DNA from: Octopus bimaculoides | Taxonomy: Eukaryota | Direction: 5' to 3' | NCBI RefSeq assembly: GCF_001194135.2 | Contig: NC_068981.1 | Location: forward strand, 12,603,494-12,667,493 | DNA length: 64,000 nt | Shown: positions 1 to 11,894 of the stretch, in pieces | How positions within the stretch are numbered: position 1 is the first letter of the stretch | Layout of the letters: each line of letters opens with the position of its first letter | Program-made: the position numbers and the translations under genes | Notes under the pieces: generated by a model | Databases searched by the model: none | Told to the model about the DNA's origin: nothing | The model's input: only the letters and a program-made list of their open reading frames with translations

Positions 1-46
<46 letters not shown>

Positions 47-190
47 GCTGCTGCTGCAACTACTGCAGCTGTTATTGCAGTGGCTGCTGTTGCTGTCGCC
101 TCAGCTGTTGCTGCTGCTACCTTCGCAACCCTGCTGCTACCTTCGCACCACTGCTGCTGCCTTCGCAACACTGCTGCTATTATTACTACA
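1..190. repeat. (TAC)n grading into (TGC)n trinucleotide microsatellite
   Basis: Direct reading; explains the poly-L/A/T ORFs at 75-292. Confidence 0.95.
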
Positions 191-942
191 GATGAAGATA
201 ATGATGAAGTTCATGATTTCTTTTATTTGCAGCGTGGCCATCAAATGGCGAGGACATTACAAAGACATGTCATAATTTGCAAGAGGATTTAAAATAAATT
301 CTGATAAAACTGCGGCCCCAATCGGAGCCAATAAAGTTTTCTACAGATCTCACGTCAACTTAATTACAAGAAGCAACACGCTTACAATAGTCCCACCCTC
401 TCTAATCCGTTCCGTCATAGTCACCTATCTTCTTACGAGCCTACTAATATCTCTTTTCTAATTTCCTTTGCAAATTGGGACTTGAACGCTAAAAGTTAGA
501 GATTAACCGAAGCGTAAGTCGTCTGCCTTGATTTCATTCAGCTTTTTTTCCAAAGAATACCTTTTTTACTGTAGTCACTAGAATGAAGAAAACAACCTGC
601 ACAGACTTAATAAAAGATGACAGCGGGCTGATCGTCCAAAGACACTTGACTGATACTCCAGTCTACAAGTGACAACTACTTTTCAAATTAACTTCACGAA
701 TTATCAACGCTCGGACTGCACGAATGCAGGCTGTACGGTTTCGTCACTTCTGCGCGTACCACAAACACTCACGCAAGGTAACATTTGTTGAGGCTCTACA
801 GTTTATCTAGAACTGGTAGTTATCAGCAGAAGCTTTTGCCACTTCGTTATTGTACGAGGACGTCATGGCCCTTTATCACCATCAGTTCTATCTACTTGTA
901 TTCATATATACTCCTTCAACTCGTGTTTTGTTTACAGCTGTA

Positions 943-1190
943 AGGCGCCGAACTGGCAGAATCGTTAGCACGCTGGATGAAACGCTCAGTGGCATTTCAC
1001 TCGTTACTATGTTCTGAGTTCAAATTCCGCCTATGTTCTGAGTTCAAATTCCGCCTATGTTCTGAGTTCAAAAGGTGGACTTTGCTTTTCATCCTTTCGG
1101 GATCGATAAAATAAGTACCAGTTGCGTACTGAGGTCGATGTAATCGACTTGCCCCTCCCCCAAAATTTCAGACCTTGTGCCTGTAGTAGT
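943..1190 (+). mobile_element. SINE family B (tRNA-like head), with internal 24-bp triplication
   Basis: gaactggcagaatcgttagcacg head, B-box-like gagttcaaattcc, core ctttcatcctttcgggatcgataaaataagtaccagtt; about 10 related copies in the window. Confidence 0.85.
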
Positions 1191-2449
1191 TATTATTTAT
1201 TGCTGTGAGGTTGGTAGCGGTTGTCTGTTGGATGTTTGGTTGCTTTTCTTTTTATTTCTGTTGATTTTGCTGTTGTATCTTTTGCGATTTTTCTGTTCTT
1301 CTTTGTGATTTTTGCGTATTTTGTGGTTTTAGTATGGTTTGGGATTTATTTCCTTAATTCTTGATATTGTTTTCATGTATTTTTCCAAAAATTGTCTAAT
1401 TCCTGAAATGCTGACGTCGCAGCCGCCTTCCTACTATTTTTTGTGATGCTTCTAAATTACTGTTTGCCCTTTCATTTCCTCGTTCTCTATAATGATCAGT
1501 AGCCATATTCAAGGTTTCCAACCTTCTCGCCATAATCTGTCAGCTTTGTGGTCCTGATTTTAGTTTTACTGATGCTGTTTTTAAGAAGAAAGCACTCTTT
1601 AGAGGATGGCTGCTGTAAACCTCTTTCATATCTTGGTACTAATTCTGTTTATATACTAAATCTATTTTTGTTACCAATGCTGCAGTTCCTTCTGTTTTCG
1701 TCATTGTGGAAGTTGGTGCCGTTGTGATTATGGTGTAGACAACAATGGCATTTTCATGCGCTTTGTCTGAGCACCGAGAGTAATCTGATGATTTGTGCTA
1801 GGACGAGAATCATACACCACTCTCATGCTTCCTACAATATTAATTTTCGTTTTCGCAATTGCACTCATCGTGTAGAATATTTCGACAATCTGCTAAATAT
1901 TTTCTCCCCTGAGCAACATTTCTACGTATAAGATGATCCCTGCGCAGTATTCGTGGTGTAATGATCTTACATTGACAATTTCACCACACTTCCCTAAGAT
2001 CATTGTGAAATAGTTTGTACTTAATTCTTCGGGTGGCACGTTGGAATATTTTATTATTAACGCATTTCCTGGGATATAATGCTGTCAATAAGAATTATTC
2101 TGAAGAGAATGTATTTGTGATTAATTTTTTATCATCTCTTCTCTTCATTCAGCCATGGAACCTTCACCTGCTCATATTCTCTTCATGCCAGATCAAAATG
2201 TCAATATTTTTCAAACAATTTTCTGCATATGTTCAGTCCGATTGTCCACTTTCCTGTTTTGTTCATAGTTATAAATCTATAAATAAATGATTTTCCTCCT
2301 AATCCATTCTCTCTCTTCCACTGGTATGACGAGTTAATTTGGTTTTACAAGGCACAACTTATTTACTGAACTCACCAGTTTGTGGCCACCCAATACTGTT
2401 GCATAACATTCGTCAATATTTTCGTCTTTATTACTTTGTGATAATAGGT

Positions 2450-2635
2450 ATGTTGTTGTCGTTGTTGTTGTTGTTGCAACTGCTGCAGCTGCCGCAACTG
2501 CTACTACTGCTGCTGTCCCTACTGATACCGCTGCTGCTGTGGCCACTGCTGCAGCTACCGCTGCTGCAACAGCTACTGTTTGTGCTGCTGTTGCTGTATA
2601 TCCTATTGGAGTACCTGTCGCGACTATTGTTGTTG
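2450..2635. repeat. (GTT)n/(GCT)n degenerate trinucleotide repeat
   Basis: Direct reading; source of the ORFs at 2334-2778. Confidence 0.9.
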
Positions 2636-2757
2636 CTTTTCTATTTACGCTCACAATGTTATTATTTCAGTGTTGCCTTTACAGTTGTTACGGCCGCAAA
2701 TGTAAATATAAATTTATTATTAAGTTGCCCACTTCTTTATTCTGGTTAAAGAACGAA

Positions 2758-2840
2758 TTACCATATTTAATCGTATAAGTCGCAGTATTATATATTTTAT
2801 TTTAACTAAAAAATCTGCTCTGCGGTTTATACACGAAGCA
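2758..2840. mobile_element. Possible pogo/Tigger-like MITE end fragment
   Basis: taccatatttaatcgtataagtcgcag and gcggtttatacacg resemble pogo-type terminal and subterminal motifs; only one end is visible. Confidence 0.35.
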
Positions 2841-2924
2841 AAACAAACTATCAAGGGAAAAGTAGTACTTATAGATTAGGCTGCAACATACACACAATTA
2901 AATACACTATGCCTCTTTCATCTC

Positions 2925-3587
2925 CCGCTGGTTGAGAAGCTCAGGACTCAAAGCAGAGACTGGAGGATTTTTAATTGCAACACAAGACCAAAGTCTCTCC
3001 ACTAGAAATTACTGAAAACATATTATGAAATGAAAAATAATAAGTAACTGCAGAATATGTGGCGATGGACAAGAAACAATAATTCATATTATCTCTGGTT
3101 GCCCAGTCCTGGCTAAGAAGGAATATATTCACAGACACGACAGAGCTGGGACCTACAAACACTGGAAGCTATGCCAACACTATGGAATAACAACAGAAAA
3201 AAGATGGTATAAACACACGCCAGAAAAGGTCAAAGAAAACGAGAAAGCAACCATACTCTGGAATATGCCAATACACACAGATATAGAAATTAAGGCCAAT
3301 AGGCTAGATATAGTTGTCAGAGATCATGAAGGAAAAAAATTCTTTCTAATTGATGTATCAATACCAGCAGATGAAAACGTTTTTCCAAAAGAAATGGAGA
3401 AACTTTCGAAATACCAAGACCTGGAAATAGAATTACTCGAATGTGGAATCTAAAAGCAGAAACAATTCCTATCATAGTAGGCACCTTAGGTATGATAGAG
3501 AAATATTCAGATAAATACATAGCAAAAACACCATTACTTGCAAATATATATAACATACAGAAAATTGCACTGCTGAGCACTGCACAC
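2925..3587 (+). mobile_element. R4/Dong-type non-LTR retrotransposon fragment: CCHC knuckle plus restriction-like endonuclease
   Basis: Translates, with stops and frameshifts, as WLRSSGLKAET..QDQSL, CRICGDGQETIIHIISGC, RHD, RLDIVV..LIDVSIP..KEMEKLSKY.DL, IPIIVGTLG. Confidence 0.9.
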
Positions 3588-5920
3588 GTCCGGATGGTCA
3601 AGCCTGTAACTATTTGCTAGCTGAAAGGGCTTAAGCAGATCTACGAGGCGTGAGTTTGCTTTCCTACCAGTCGCGCCAACTCTATCGATGAGTGCGTCAA
3701 CGATAGCATTAAAGTCTCCTAACACCACTAATGTCTTCGACATCACGAGAGAGTTCTCTAGGCACAGATAAAATCAGTTTGTAATCCTCTAGCACAAGGT
3801 GCATAGATCCCGATCAACCTGAAGGCCTTACTGCTGTATGTCACATCACGGACGACCAGCCTGCCTTCTAGGTCTACATAGGTTGTATTTGTCTGCAGAG
3901 CCAAGCCTTTTTGGATCATTCCAACTACCGCCCCTGGCTAGGAGACATGATTTTCTCATAGCCTTTCAGGAGAGGCGAGAAGGTTGGTCTTTGTAGCAAC
4001 CATCACATGCATATCGTGTGATCTTAGGTCGTCGAGGAAACAGGCTTGCTTCCACTTTGAACTCAGACCACGCACATTTAAACATCTAAGGTTAAGTGCA
4101 GTCATTAAAAACAATGGGGATAAAAGCAAGTGTTCTACTTACTCTTAACTGGTGAGGTTGGGGCTGACACGTGAGGCAGCCTCTTCCGTCTCCTCCTTCT
4201 TCAAGTAACAGGGCAGGGCTATAATCCTCCTGATGTTCTTCGGATGCCTCACCCTTCAGCTGCCTGTATAGGATTCCCCTATCCAGGCACAACTCTCGTC
4301 CATACTCCTATATTGAGGATATATTTTGGTCGTATGATGGTTTTTGATTACTTCATCCGTGTAAATGTCTTTAGAATTGTATTCTACCAAAATTCTATCG
4401 TATTTTCCGTTTTCTCGGGTGATGGGGTGGGGTATTTTTTGTTATTTGTGGTGAAGTGCTGCTTTTTCCTGTGCGAGATGTGGGTGGGGAAGGTGCATGT
4501 GTTCGTTTCCGAACTGTCGTGAACTCCCCCTCAGCCACCTCCATGGTGTTGTCTGCGGGAGTTGTATTTTTCTCTACAAGTGCCTGAGGTTTCAAGTGGG
4601 TGGGCAATTTTGTTTTAGTAAGGGATTGTGTTTGCAGGGGTTGGGTTTTTTCGTTGTTTTGTTTGGGAGCCGGCACCGCAACAGGGGCGGTGGTAGTGTT
4701 TGTGTTTGTGGGGCCTGGTGTGCGTGTGGTTTTGGGGTTGTTTATTTTTCAGATGTAGGGCCTGGTGTCTGTACAAGTTTTTCGTTTCTTCTCTTTTCTT
4801 CCTCCCTCTTTTTTCTTTCTTCGCAGTCAAGGCGAATGTGGCCCTTTTTTCCACACTCATAAGAGGTGGGTTTTCTTCCTACCACCTGTATTCGAAGGGC
4901 CACATTCTCACTCACGAGCACCCTGTGTGGAAACATTTCTATATCTTCCGGTGCCCCCTAAATTATGGCTGAAATGCTCTGTCTCAGCCAGTTCTGGGGA
5001 GCAGAGCATGTTATCTGCAAACATTTTATTTTTTCTGTCCTGTTAAACAAAAGGGCAGCCATCACTTCACGTCGGTTGATATCTGGTGGCACTTCTGTCA
5101 CCTTTACACGGGAAGTGCACCTCCCCATGTAGGTTGGCAGAAGCACCACCTCCTTTGTTTTCAGGGGGCACACTGAGTGCCCATAGGCCATCTCTTCGGT
5201 TGCGAACCTGACTTCAATTGTTGCCTTTCCTCTCGCGATGTACGCAATGTCCCTCCACATAGTAACCAAGCATTTCTCTATTTTGTCTTTTTCAAAATGT
5301 TTGAAGCGTTTATTCTCTGGACAGTAAGATTTAAACATTACTGTTTTCCTTTTAGTCTCTGTGGTGTTGGAGATGGGTGACAACTTAATATCACCGTCCT
5401 CCTCCTTGATTATTCCGGAATATTCTTCCAGTTTTTCAAATGGAAATTCTATGGTTTCAGTTGCCACTGCGGCAACTACCGAAAATTGTTTTGCAGTGCT
5501 GGCACCTCCGCCAATATCATCACCACTCTCTTCGAGAGTGCATTTTTCTTTAATAATTTCAATCGACATACTTGGTCGAAATTAATTCAATAAACACAAA
5601 GATATCGCTGCCACTTAAAGTGGGAGCCTATAAAAAATTTTCCCGCTAGGAGTGGGGCACAAAAACAAAATCTAAAACCAAATCTAAAACAAAATCATAT
5701 TTTTACACAAAATTCCTCCAAAATAAGAAAGAAATAGCAATGCCAAAATGGCCACAGAAATAAATCTAACAGTTCCTATTTCCCGGTATACCGGGGAATA
5801 TTGAAAACAAATACAATTCAAGAGATACAAAAGCGGTAACAATTCAAAATAAATGGAATCCAACAATAGTAAAACGCTCATCAGCACAACAACAAAGAAA
5901 AAAGACCACGTCGTACGACT
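3588..5920 (-). mobile_element. Tx1/L1-clade LINE, 5' half: 5'UTR, frameshifted ORF1 with zinc knuckle, APE endonuclease start of ORF2; RT missing
   Basis: ORF1 at 5569-4958 shifts into 4936-4742 with SYECGKKGHIRLDC (decayed CCHC). ORF2 from about 4110 has LNVRGL, then VVLGDFNAIVD and RLDHPD, which are APE motifs. Confidence 0.85.
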
Positions 5921-5955
5921 GGAAGCAAGCTTCTTACCACAAACCACGCCTGCAC
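5921..5955 (-). mobile_element. SINE family A head only (35 bp), cut at the Tx1 5' junction
   Basis: Minus strand GTGCAGGCGTGGTTTGTGGTAAGAAGCTTGCTTCC matches the heads at 18870, 46959 and 54396. Confidence 0.75.
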
Positions 5956-6001
5956 ATTTACAAACTAGCTATGCACACATAGAAACATATACATGCATAC
6001 T

Positions 6002-6004
<3 letters not shown>

Positions 6005-6040
<36 letters not shown>

Positions 6041-6113
6041 ACATATACACATACATGCACACGCGCGCGCACACATATACATACACGCGCGCGCGCACAC
6101 ACACACACACACA

Positions 6114-6160
<47 letters not shown>

Positions 6161-6165
6161 GTATA
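6005..6165. repeat. Compound (TA)n/(CA)n/(CG)n microsatellite
   Basis: Direct reading. Confidence 0.95.
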
Positions 6166-6890
6166 TGCTATCGAACAGACGGAAAAAACACTCGTGACCC
6201 TTTCAAACTTGAACGGTAGCAACTATTTAAATGTACGTCTTTTTAGTTACGTATTGCTCTTCGGAAAGGAAAAGAATGATTGATCTGATTGCAGTTGTTA
6301 TTCTATTTAGAATCATCCTTTGAGAGGTGAAAGAAGACGTGTTTGCAATTTGTCAGTGAAAATATTTATATATTTATACTGTAGAGATATGTATTCATGA
6401 TATATCGCCGCTACTTTGTGCGCAGTTTAGTTTTGAATTGAAATATCTTCCGGAGAAACAAGTTAAAATTTATGGAAATTGGAAATTCGAATTCTGTGAT
6501 ACTATATTAGAATGGCTTATAAAACCAATAGATTTTTGTGGTTGTTTGGTCAGTTGGAGGCGATGTTGATTTTAAATAAAATCGAAGCTAGTGACAGTGG
6601 AATGTTTCTCTTTCCTTTCATATTATCATCCTGTTCCAATGACAACGTGGCAAGATCAATTTTCGCTCATATCTCTTAATTTTTTTTCTTCTTTTTCGAA
6701 GATGAGAGCCAGATTTAACGCATCTCTAATATTAGCTGTGATTACCAAAATTGCGCCATTGCACTTAATGGCTTTAGAAACTTGGTTTTTATTCTTTGGT
6801 AGGGAGCAATGTTGACTGTTAGCTATTTGATCGATATAACTCAAAGTATTCTGTTTGTATGTTTTATGCCAATTATTCCGCTACTTTCAC

Positions 6891-6981
6891 CGAGTTTTTC
6901 CTGAGATACGCAATCAGTTGAGTCACGTTTGTGATTATTATATCTTGCTGCTACTTCTGACTCGGTAAGAGAAGACTGAAC
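6891..6981 (-). CDS. Candidate coding exon VQSSLTESEVAARYNNHKRDSTDCVSQEKL (phase 0 to 1)
   Basis: Acceptor tttattatttgtaaactcag|, donor CTCG|gtgaaa, only one open frame; lies in non-repeat sequence. A possible next exon at 6822-6656 continues in frame to a stop. Confidence 0.35.
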
Positions 6982-7139
6982 CTGAGTTTACAAATAATAA
7001 ATGCCCATGCAACAAGAAATTTCTTTTCCACCAAACACGAATGCATTTTGTTTTATTAAGTTCAACGCTAATATTATTCTTTATTCATTAAGTTCAACAG
7101 AACTGTATTATTACACGTTCGTTCTTCGCCATCAAAGTG

Positions 7140-7645
7140 ACACTGGGGTAAAATATAAAAAGCCTATTATACCCATCATGACTACCTGTCTGATATGTGT
7201 ACACCAGGCACATGCATTACAACTATATGTGCGCGACATGGTGATCTCATATCAAGATAAACAGCGCATGACCTCGCACGTGGGGCCCAGTTAGAATTTT
7301 CTTCAGGTTGAGTAGCCCATCCCGGTCAAAAGGTCCCTGAATAAGGTTTGTTTAAGGATGTTGTGCAAAACACCCATGTTTCCAAAGGTGTATTATTGAA
7401 ACCCCAAAGAATTCCTCTCAACACATGGCTATGGTGCTCCCCCATTACTTCTACTAATGATCAGAGATGCACATATCGTCAGCCACCAAGGGACATGCTC
7501 AACTGGTTAATGTCAAACAACTGACAAGCAAATCTGTGGTATTAAGCAGAATAGTTGCTGTAGCCAATCTTTTATACCAAGACAAAACAATGTACACGAT
7601 AAGACAAACCAATGTACATGATACGACAGAAAAATGTACATGATA
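7140..7645 (+). mobile_element. Interspersed repeat family C (LINE 3'UTR-like) with tandem aatgtacatgata tail
   Basis: Reverse-complement homologue at 31195-31710; tandem tail units at 7590-7645. Confidence 0.75.
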
Positions 7646-7656
7646 TTATTATTATT

Positions 7657-8227
7657 ATTCAGTAGTTTTATTTTTATAACGTGCTTTCACTTCACTACCG
7701 ATCGCAGCTCTGTGTGCCTTGGGTATGTGCTGTGGTTTGCTGTGATGCTCTTATGGTTACTGTATTGAAAGTGTTTTGTGTAGGATGTGTGCTGTGCCCA
7801 GTATTGCAATTTTCTGTATGTTATATACATTTGTAAGTCCTGGTGTTTTTGTTATGTATTTGTCTGAATACTTTTTTTTATCATACCTAATGCGCCTACT
7901 ATGATAGGAATTGTTTCTGTTTTTAGATTCCACGTTCGAGTCACATCTGTTTCCAGGTCTTTGTATTTTGAAAATGTCTCCATTTCTTTTAGACAAACAT
8001 TGTCATCTGCTGGTATTGATACATCAATTAGAAAGCATTTTTTTCTTCGTGATCTCTGACAACTATATCTGGTCTATTGGCCTTATTTTTTCTATCTGTG
8101 TGTATTGGCATATCCCAGAGTATGGTTGCTTTCTCGTTTTCTGTGACCTTTTCTTGCGTGTGCCTATACCATCTTTTTTCTGTTGTTATTCCATAGTGTT
8201 GGCATAGCTTCCAGCGTATGTAGTTCC
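7657..8227 (-). mobile_element. 5'-truncated R4/Dong-type retrotransposon with intact 3' end and 18-bp TSD
   Basis: Reverse complement of the 3140-3587 region; ORF 7757-7996 ends KIAILGTAHILHKTLSIQ; CATGATATTATTATTATT at 7639-7656 and 8228-8245. Confidence 0.9.
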
Positions 8228-8230
8228 CAT

Positions 8231-8249
8231 GATATTATTATTATTGTTA

Positions 8250-8302
<53 letters not shown>

Positions 8303-8307
8303 GTTGC

Positions 8308-8344
<37 letters not shown>

Positions 8345-8360
8345 GGTGTTGTTGTTAATG
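8231..8360. repeat. (ATT)n-(GTT)n microsatellite
   Basis: Direct reading. Confidence 0.95.
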
Positions 8361-8379
8361 ATAATATAGGCAAACTTGA

Positions 8380-8900
8380 AAAGAGGAAAATTAATAAAGC
8401 AACAAGTCAAAACTATATTGCTGTATAAGATAATGAAACAGAGATAAAAGAATTTCACGAAAACTGACTTACGAACATTTAGTAATTAAAGAACTAGACA
8501 TTGCACCACAGAAACTCAAGAAAATAAAATATTACGAAGTAAGAATACAGACGCTTTGGTAAATACTTATAAGAGGACTTAATGACAAAAAGAAAGTAAC
8601 AGGTATGAATACACAAGTTGGTCAAACAATAAGTGGCATTGATAATATTCTCAACTCTGTGCTAAGTGAATAAGCAAGACTAGACAGGAAAACAAACAAA
8701 ATAAGTGTTAATATTGGATGCAGCTAGATTATGCCATACGACGCAGTGAGTCTGTATTTACCATGGATAGAGATGTAGAGGCCTTTTGCAATAAAATATA
8801 CTGAAATACTTCTTCTAAGAATATAAATATACTCAGTAAAGGATGAAAGGAAAATGTTAATAAATACAGGCAACGAACTATAAATAAAGTTTGGGAACAG
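8380..8900 (+). mobile_element. Highly degenerate R4/Dong-like RT C-terminal remnant
   Basis: Broken translation EYRRFGKYL.EDL..K.K..INT..LDRK resembles the RT thumb region of this clade. Confidence 0.45.
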
Positions 8901-9184
8901 AACTTGCAGGTTAATCTGGGAGAGAGGTGGCGCAGGAAACGCGTACTAAATTGTCCAGAATGTTCTCTATAAAAGATAGAAATAAAAAAAAAGAAAAGAA
9001 ATTAAAATGATGGACAGAAAAATAAAAAGCTGCTATTGAGACAGAAAAGTATTGTATTCATCTTAGAGCAAAAGCTTCGGTTCGATATGAAAAGCTTAAT
9101 TAAAACGGACAAAACTCAACATCATTGACCAAAAGAACAATAGCAAAATCAACGATATTAACAGCAATAATATAATAATTGCTT

Positions 9185-9360
9185 CAAAGTTGGGCACGAG
9201 CCAGCAATTTTGAGAGGAGGGGTTTAGTTAATAACATCGATCCGATCCCACTTCTTGACCGTTTCTTATTTTATCGACATGGACAGGATGAAAGGCAAAG
9301 CTGATCTCTGAGGAATTTCAACTGAGAAAGTCAAGAGGCAGAAGTAATGGCGCGAACGAC
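9185..9360 (-). mobile_element. SINE family B, degenerate
   Basis: ttattttatcgacatggacaggatgaaaggcaaag is the reverse complement of the family B core. Confidence 0.7.
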
Positions 9361-9379
9361 TATGCCACATTACCACATT

Positions 9380-9438
<59 letters not shown>

Positions 9439-9597
9439 TAATAATAATGATAATAATATGCAGTTATCATCGTACTAATGAATCCCAAGCGTCTTCCTGC
9501 GTCAGAACTTGATTCTATTTCATCAAAGTTTCACATATATCGCCATTTAACATATATTCACATGAAATAAAGAAAATGGCATTACTTTTTGACTCAC

Positions 9598-9641
9598 CCT
9601 CGTATCACGTATTTATGACACAACATGACCTTTACAAGAAA
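9598..9641 (-). CDS. Candidate 44-bp exon FLVKVMLCHKYVIR(G) (phase 0 to 2)
   Basis: Acceptor gtatttgtattgtacag|, donor GAGG|gtgagt, single open frame. Confidence 0.25.
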
Positions 9642-9735
9642 CTGTACAATACAAATACGTATATACGTATTTATTTACGTGAAATAATGTATTTGTATAC
9701 TTACTTAGGCATTAGTTAATAATCTGGGAAATATC

Positions 9736-9945
9736 GGAAGCGAGCTGGCAGAAACGTTAGCACGTCGGGCGAAATGCTTACCGGTATTTCATCTGCCTTA
9801 ACGTTCTGATTTCAAATTCCACCGAGGTTGACTTTGCCTTTCACGGTCGATAAATTAAGTACCAGTTGCGTACTGGGGTCTATCTCATCAACTGGCCCCT
9901 TCCCCTCCAAATTTCGTGCCAAATTTCGTGCCTAGAGAAGGAAAG
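9736..9945 (+). mobile_element. SINE family B
   Basis: Head, B-box, core and tail are all recognisable. Confidence 0.85.
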
Positions 9946-9997
9946 GAAAGGATATCTGGGAGACATGGAAAGCAGTGAGGTAGTAGAATTGTAAACA

Positions 9998-10175
9998 CCA
10001 CGGAGAAATGCTCAGCGGCATTTCGTCCGTCTTTACGTTAAGATCGCTTTGTGCCGATCTTGATTTGGCCTTTCATACGGTCAGGGGATCGAAAAAAAGA
10101 GTACAAGTTGAAGAACACTTTGTCGATTTAATCTACTTAACACTTTCCCCAAATTTGCCAGCCAGATGCAAAAAT
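9998..10175 (+). mobile_element. SINE family B, degenerate tandem copy
   Basis: gaaatgctcagcggcatttcgtccgtctttacgtt..ttggcctttcat..ggggatcga. Confidence 0.7.
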
Positions 10176-10629
10176 TTGAAATTAATATCTAAGAGAAATA
10201 TATTAACACATATACACAAGTTAAAACGATCTGTTTAAACAAATACATTCACAGCCATATGCATATGCAAACATCCTCGAGCACATATAAACACACGTCC
10301 ACGAAGACATACACAGTTACGAAATATAAAATTAATTCACACAGAACTTTATCAGCCTTTAAATCCTTTTCCTTAACATTCTATGTAGTATTTTTGTATA
10401 TGCACTCACCATTTTTTTCATCTTTTCTTTTCGTTTCTTTCTATGGCATTCTTCTGGAAATAAATGAATTGATGTTTGCAAAATAATCACTTTACCTTTT
10501 ACGGTAATTATATTTCGGCATCACACCTTAGTTCTATTGTCAAACTTGGTAGGTATGTCACACATTAATTTGGCCACAAGCCACAATGTAGATACGTATT
10601 TATATGCTACATATATATACGAATGTATA

Positions 10630-10681
<52 letters not shown>

Positions 10682-11019
10682 TGAGTCTGTGTAAGCGAGG
10701 GTATTTGTGTGTGAGTGTGAAATAGCTGTATCACTTTTAAATTCTCACGTTGAAGCACTAATATGATGTCCTCTGGACCTTCTTCAACATATCATAACAA
10801 ACACGGATTTGACAATCATCGTCTAATTTTTATCTCTCATTTCATATCTCTGTCTTTAAACTTGAGGTCTTTATCTTTTCACTTGTATTGCTAAATTCAT
10901 AACTCCTGTTACAAATTTAAACATCAGCGATATTGGGCTTTATTTGAATTACTTCTTTTCTATAACACCTTACTGTAGATCTTGTCGACTCCTTGCAAAC
11001 ATAAGGACGCAGGAAATGT

Positions 11020-11199
11020 GTCAAAGCCGACAGGAAGCGGGGCAGCTTCCTAGCTCCTAACCAATAGTTGTATTATTCCATTCAGGAGACTGTCACATTA
11101 AGTTGACAGCACACGACTATCTTGCTGTACATTGAAGTTTGTAGTGTTGTTCTTCACTTCCATTCCTTCCTTTCATATGTTCTAGGACACTCTTTCAGT
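11020..11199 (-). mobile_element. Terminal fragment of the same Tc1-like family as 15047-16344
   Basis: Shares about 110 bp with 16230-16344 (gccgacaggaagcg..ctgtcacattaagttgacagcacac) and ends taggacactct, the inverse of the TIR at 15047. Confidence 0.6.
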
Positions 11200-11244
11200 A
11201 ACATCATTTAATTTTGGTAATACTGGTTTCAATAATAGTAATGC

Positions 11245-11485
11245 TGGTTTCAGATTTTGGCACAAGGCCAACAATTCCGGATTTGGAGGGTTGTAGCAAG
11301 TAAATTAAGTCAATTACATTGACCCCAGTGTCCAAATGAGGATGATCTCAGTGCTTAATTTATCGAACCCCAGTTGCTGAAAGCAAAGTGGACATCGGCT
11401 AAATTTGAATTCAGAACGTACAGAGAGATGAAATGCCGCAAAACATATTGTCCGGCGTGCTAATTGTTCTGCTAACGCACCGTCT
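11245..11485 (-). mobile_element. SINE family B
   Basis: Reverse complement of the family B tail, core and head. Confidence 0.8.
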
Positions 11486-11690
11486 AAAGTTTCTAATAAA
11501 ATATTACTGTAAGCATAGATAAAAGTGTTTTCTTTTAGTTTTGAATTCTTCTCTTTCTTCTCTTGTGACATTAATTAGGTTTCTTTTCCTTAGCACCAAT
11601 TCTTCAAGCTTCTCTGTTGTAACATTAAAGCAGTTCTTTATTTGTATCACGTTCCGTTCTCACTGTTAGTGGAGTAGGCATTTTACACAC

Positions 11691-11724
<34 letters not shown>

Positions 11725-11894
11725 GTATATATATATTCTCTGATTTAAAGCGATATTTATATAAAAATTTGACTGAAAAATGATGAGCTAACAATCGAAC
11801 CCACATATCAACAATTACACGGCTACATGCTCATCCTATTGGGCCAAATGCTCAGCCATCAGTTATATAATTAATACATCTAATACTATATATA

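Noticed and set aside
219-298. Plus-strand acceptor ttttatttgcag| with short open frames and AATAAA, a possible terminal exon
   Set aside because: All frames are short, no upstream partner is visible, and it lies beside a microsatellite.
731-778. 48-bp plus-strand AG..GT segment in a CpG-richer patch
   Set aside because: Weak polypyrimidine tract and no supporting neighbours.
1007-1072. Short tandem repeats here and at 7590-7645 as a CRISPR array
   Set aside because: No unique spacers and no cas genes; the repeats are internal to SINE or LINE-like elements in a eukaryotic genome.
1200-2330. Purine-rich minus-strand stretch that looks like a decayed retroelement ORF
   Set aside because: No diagnostic motif could be read, so the class is unassignable.
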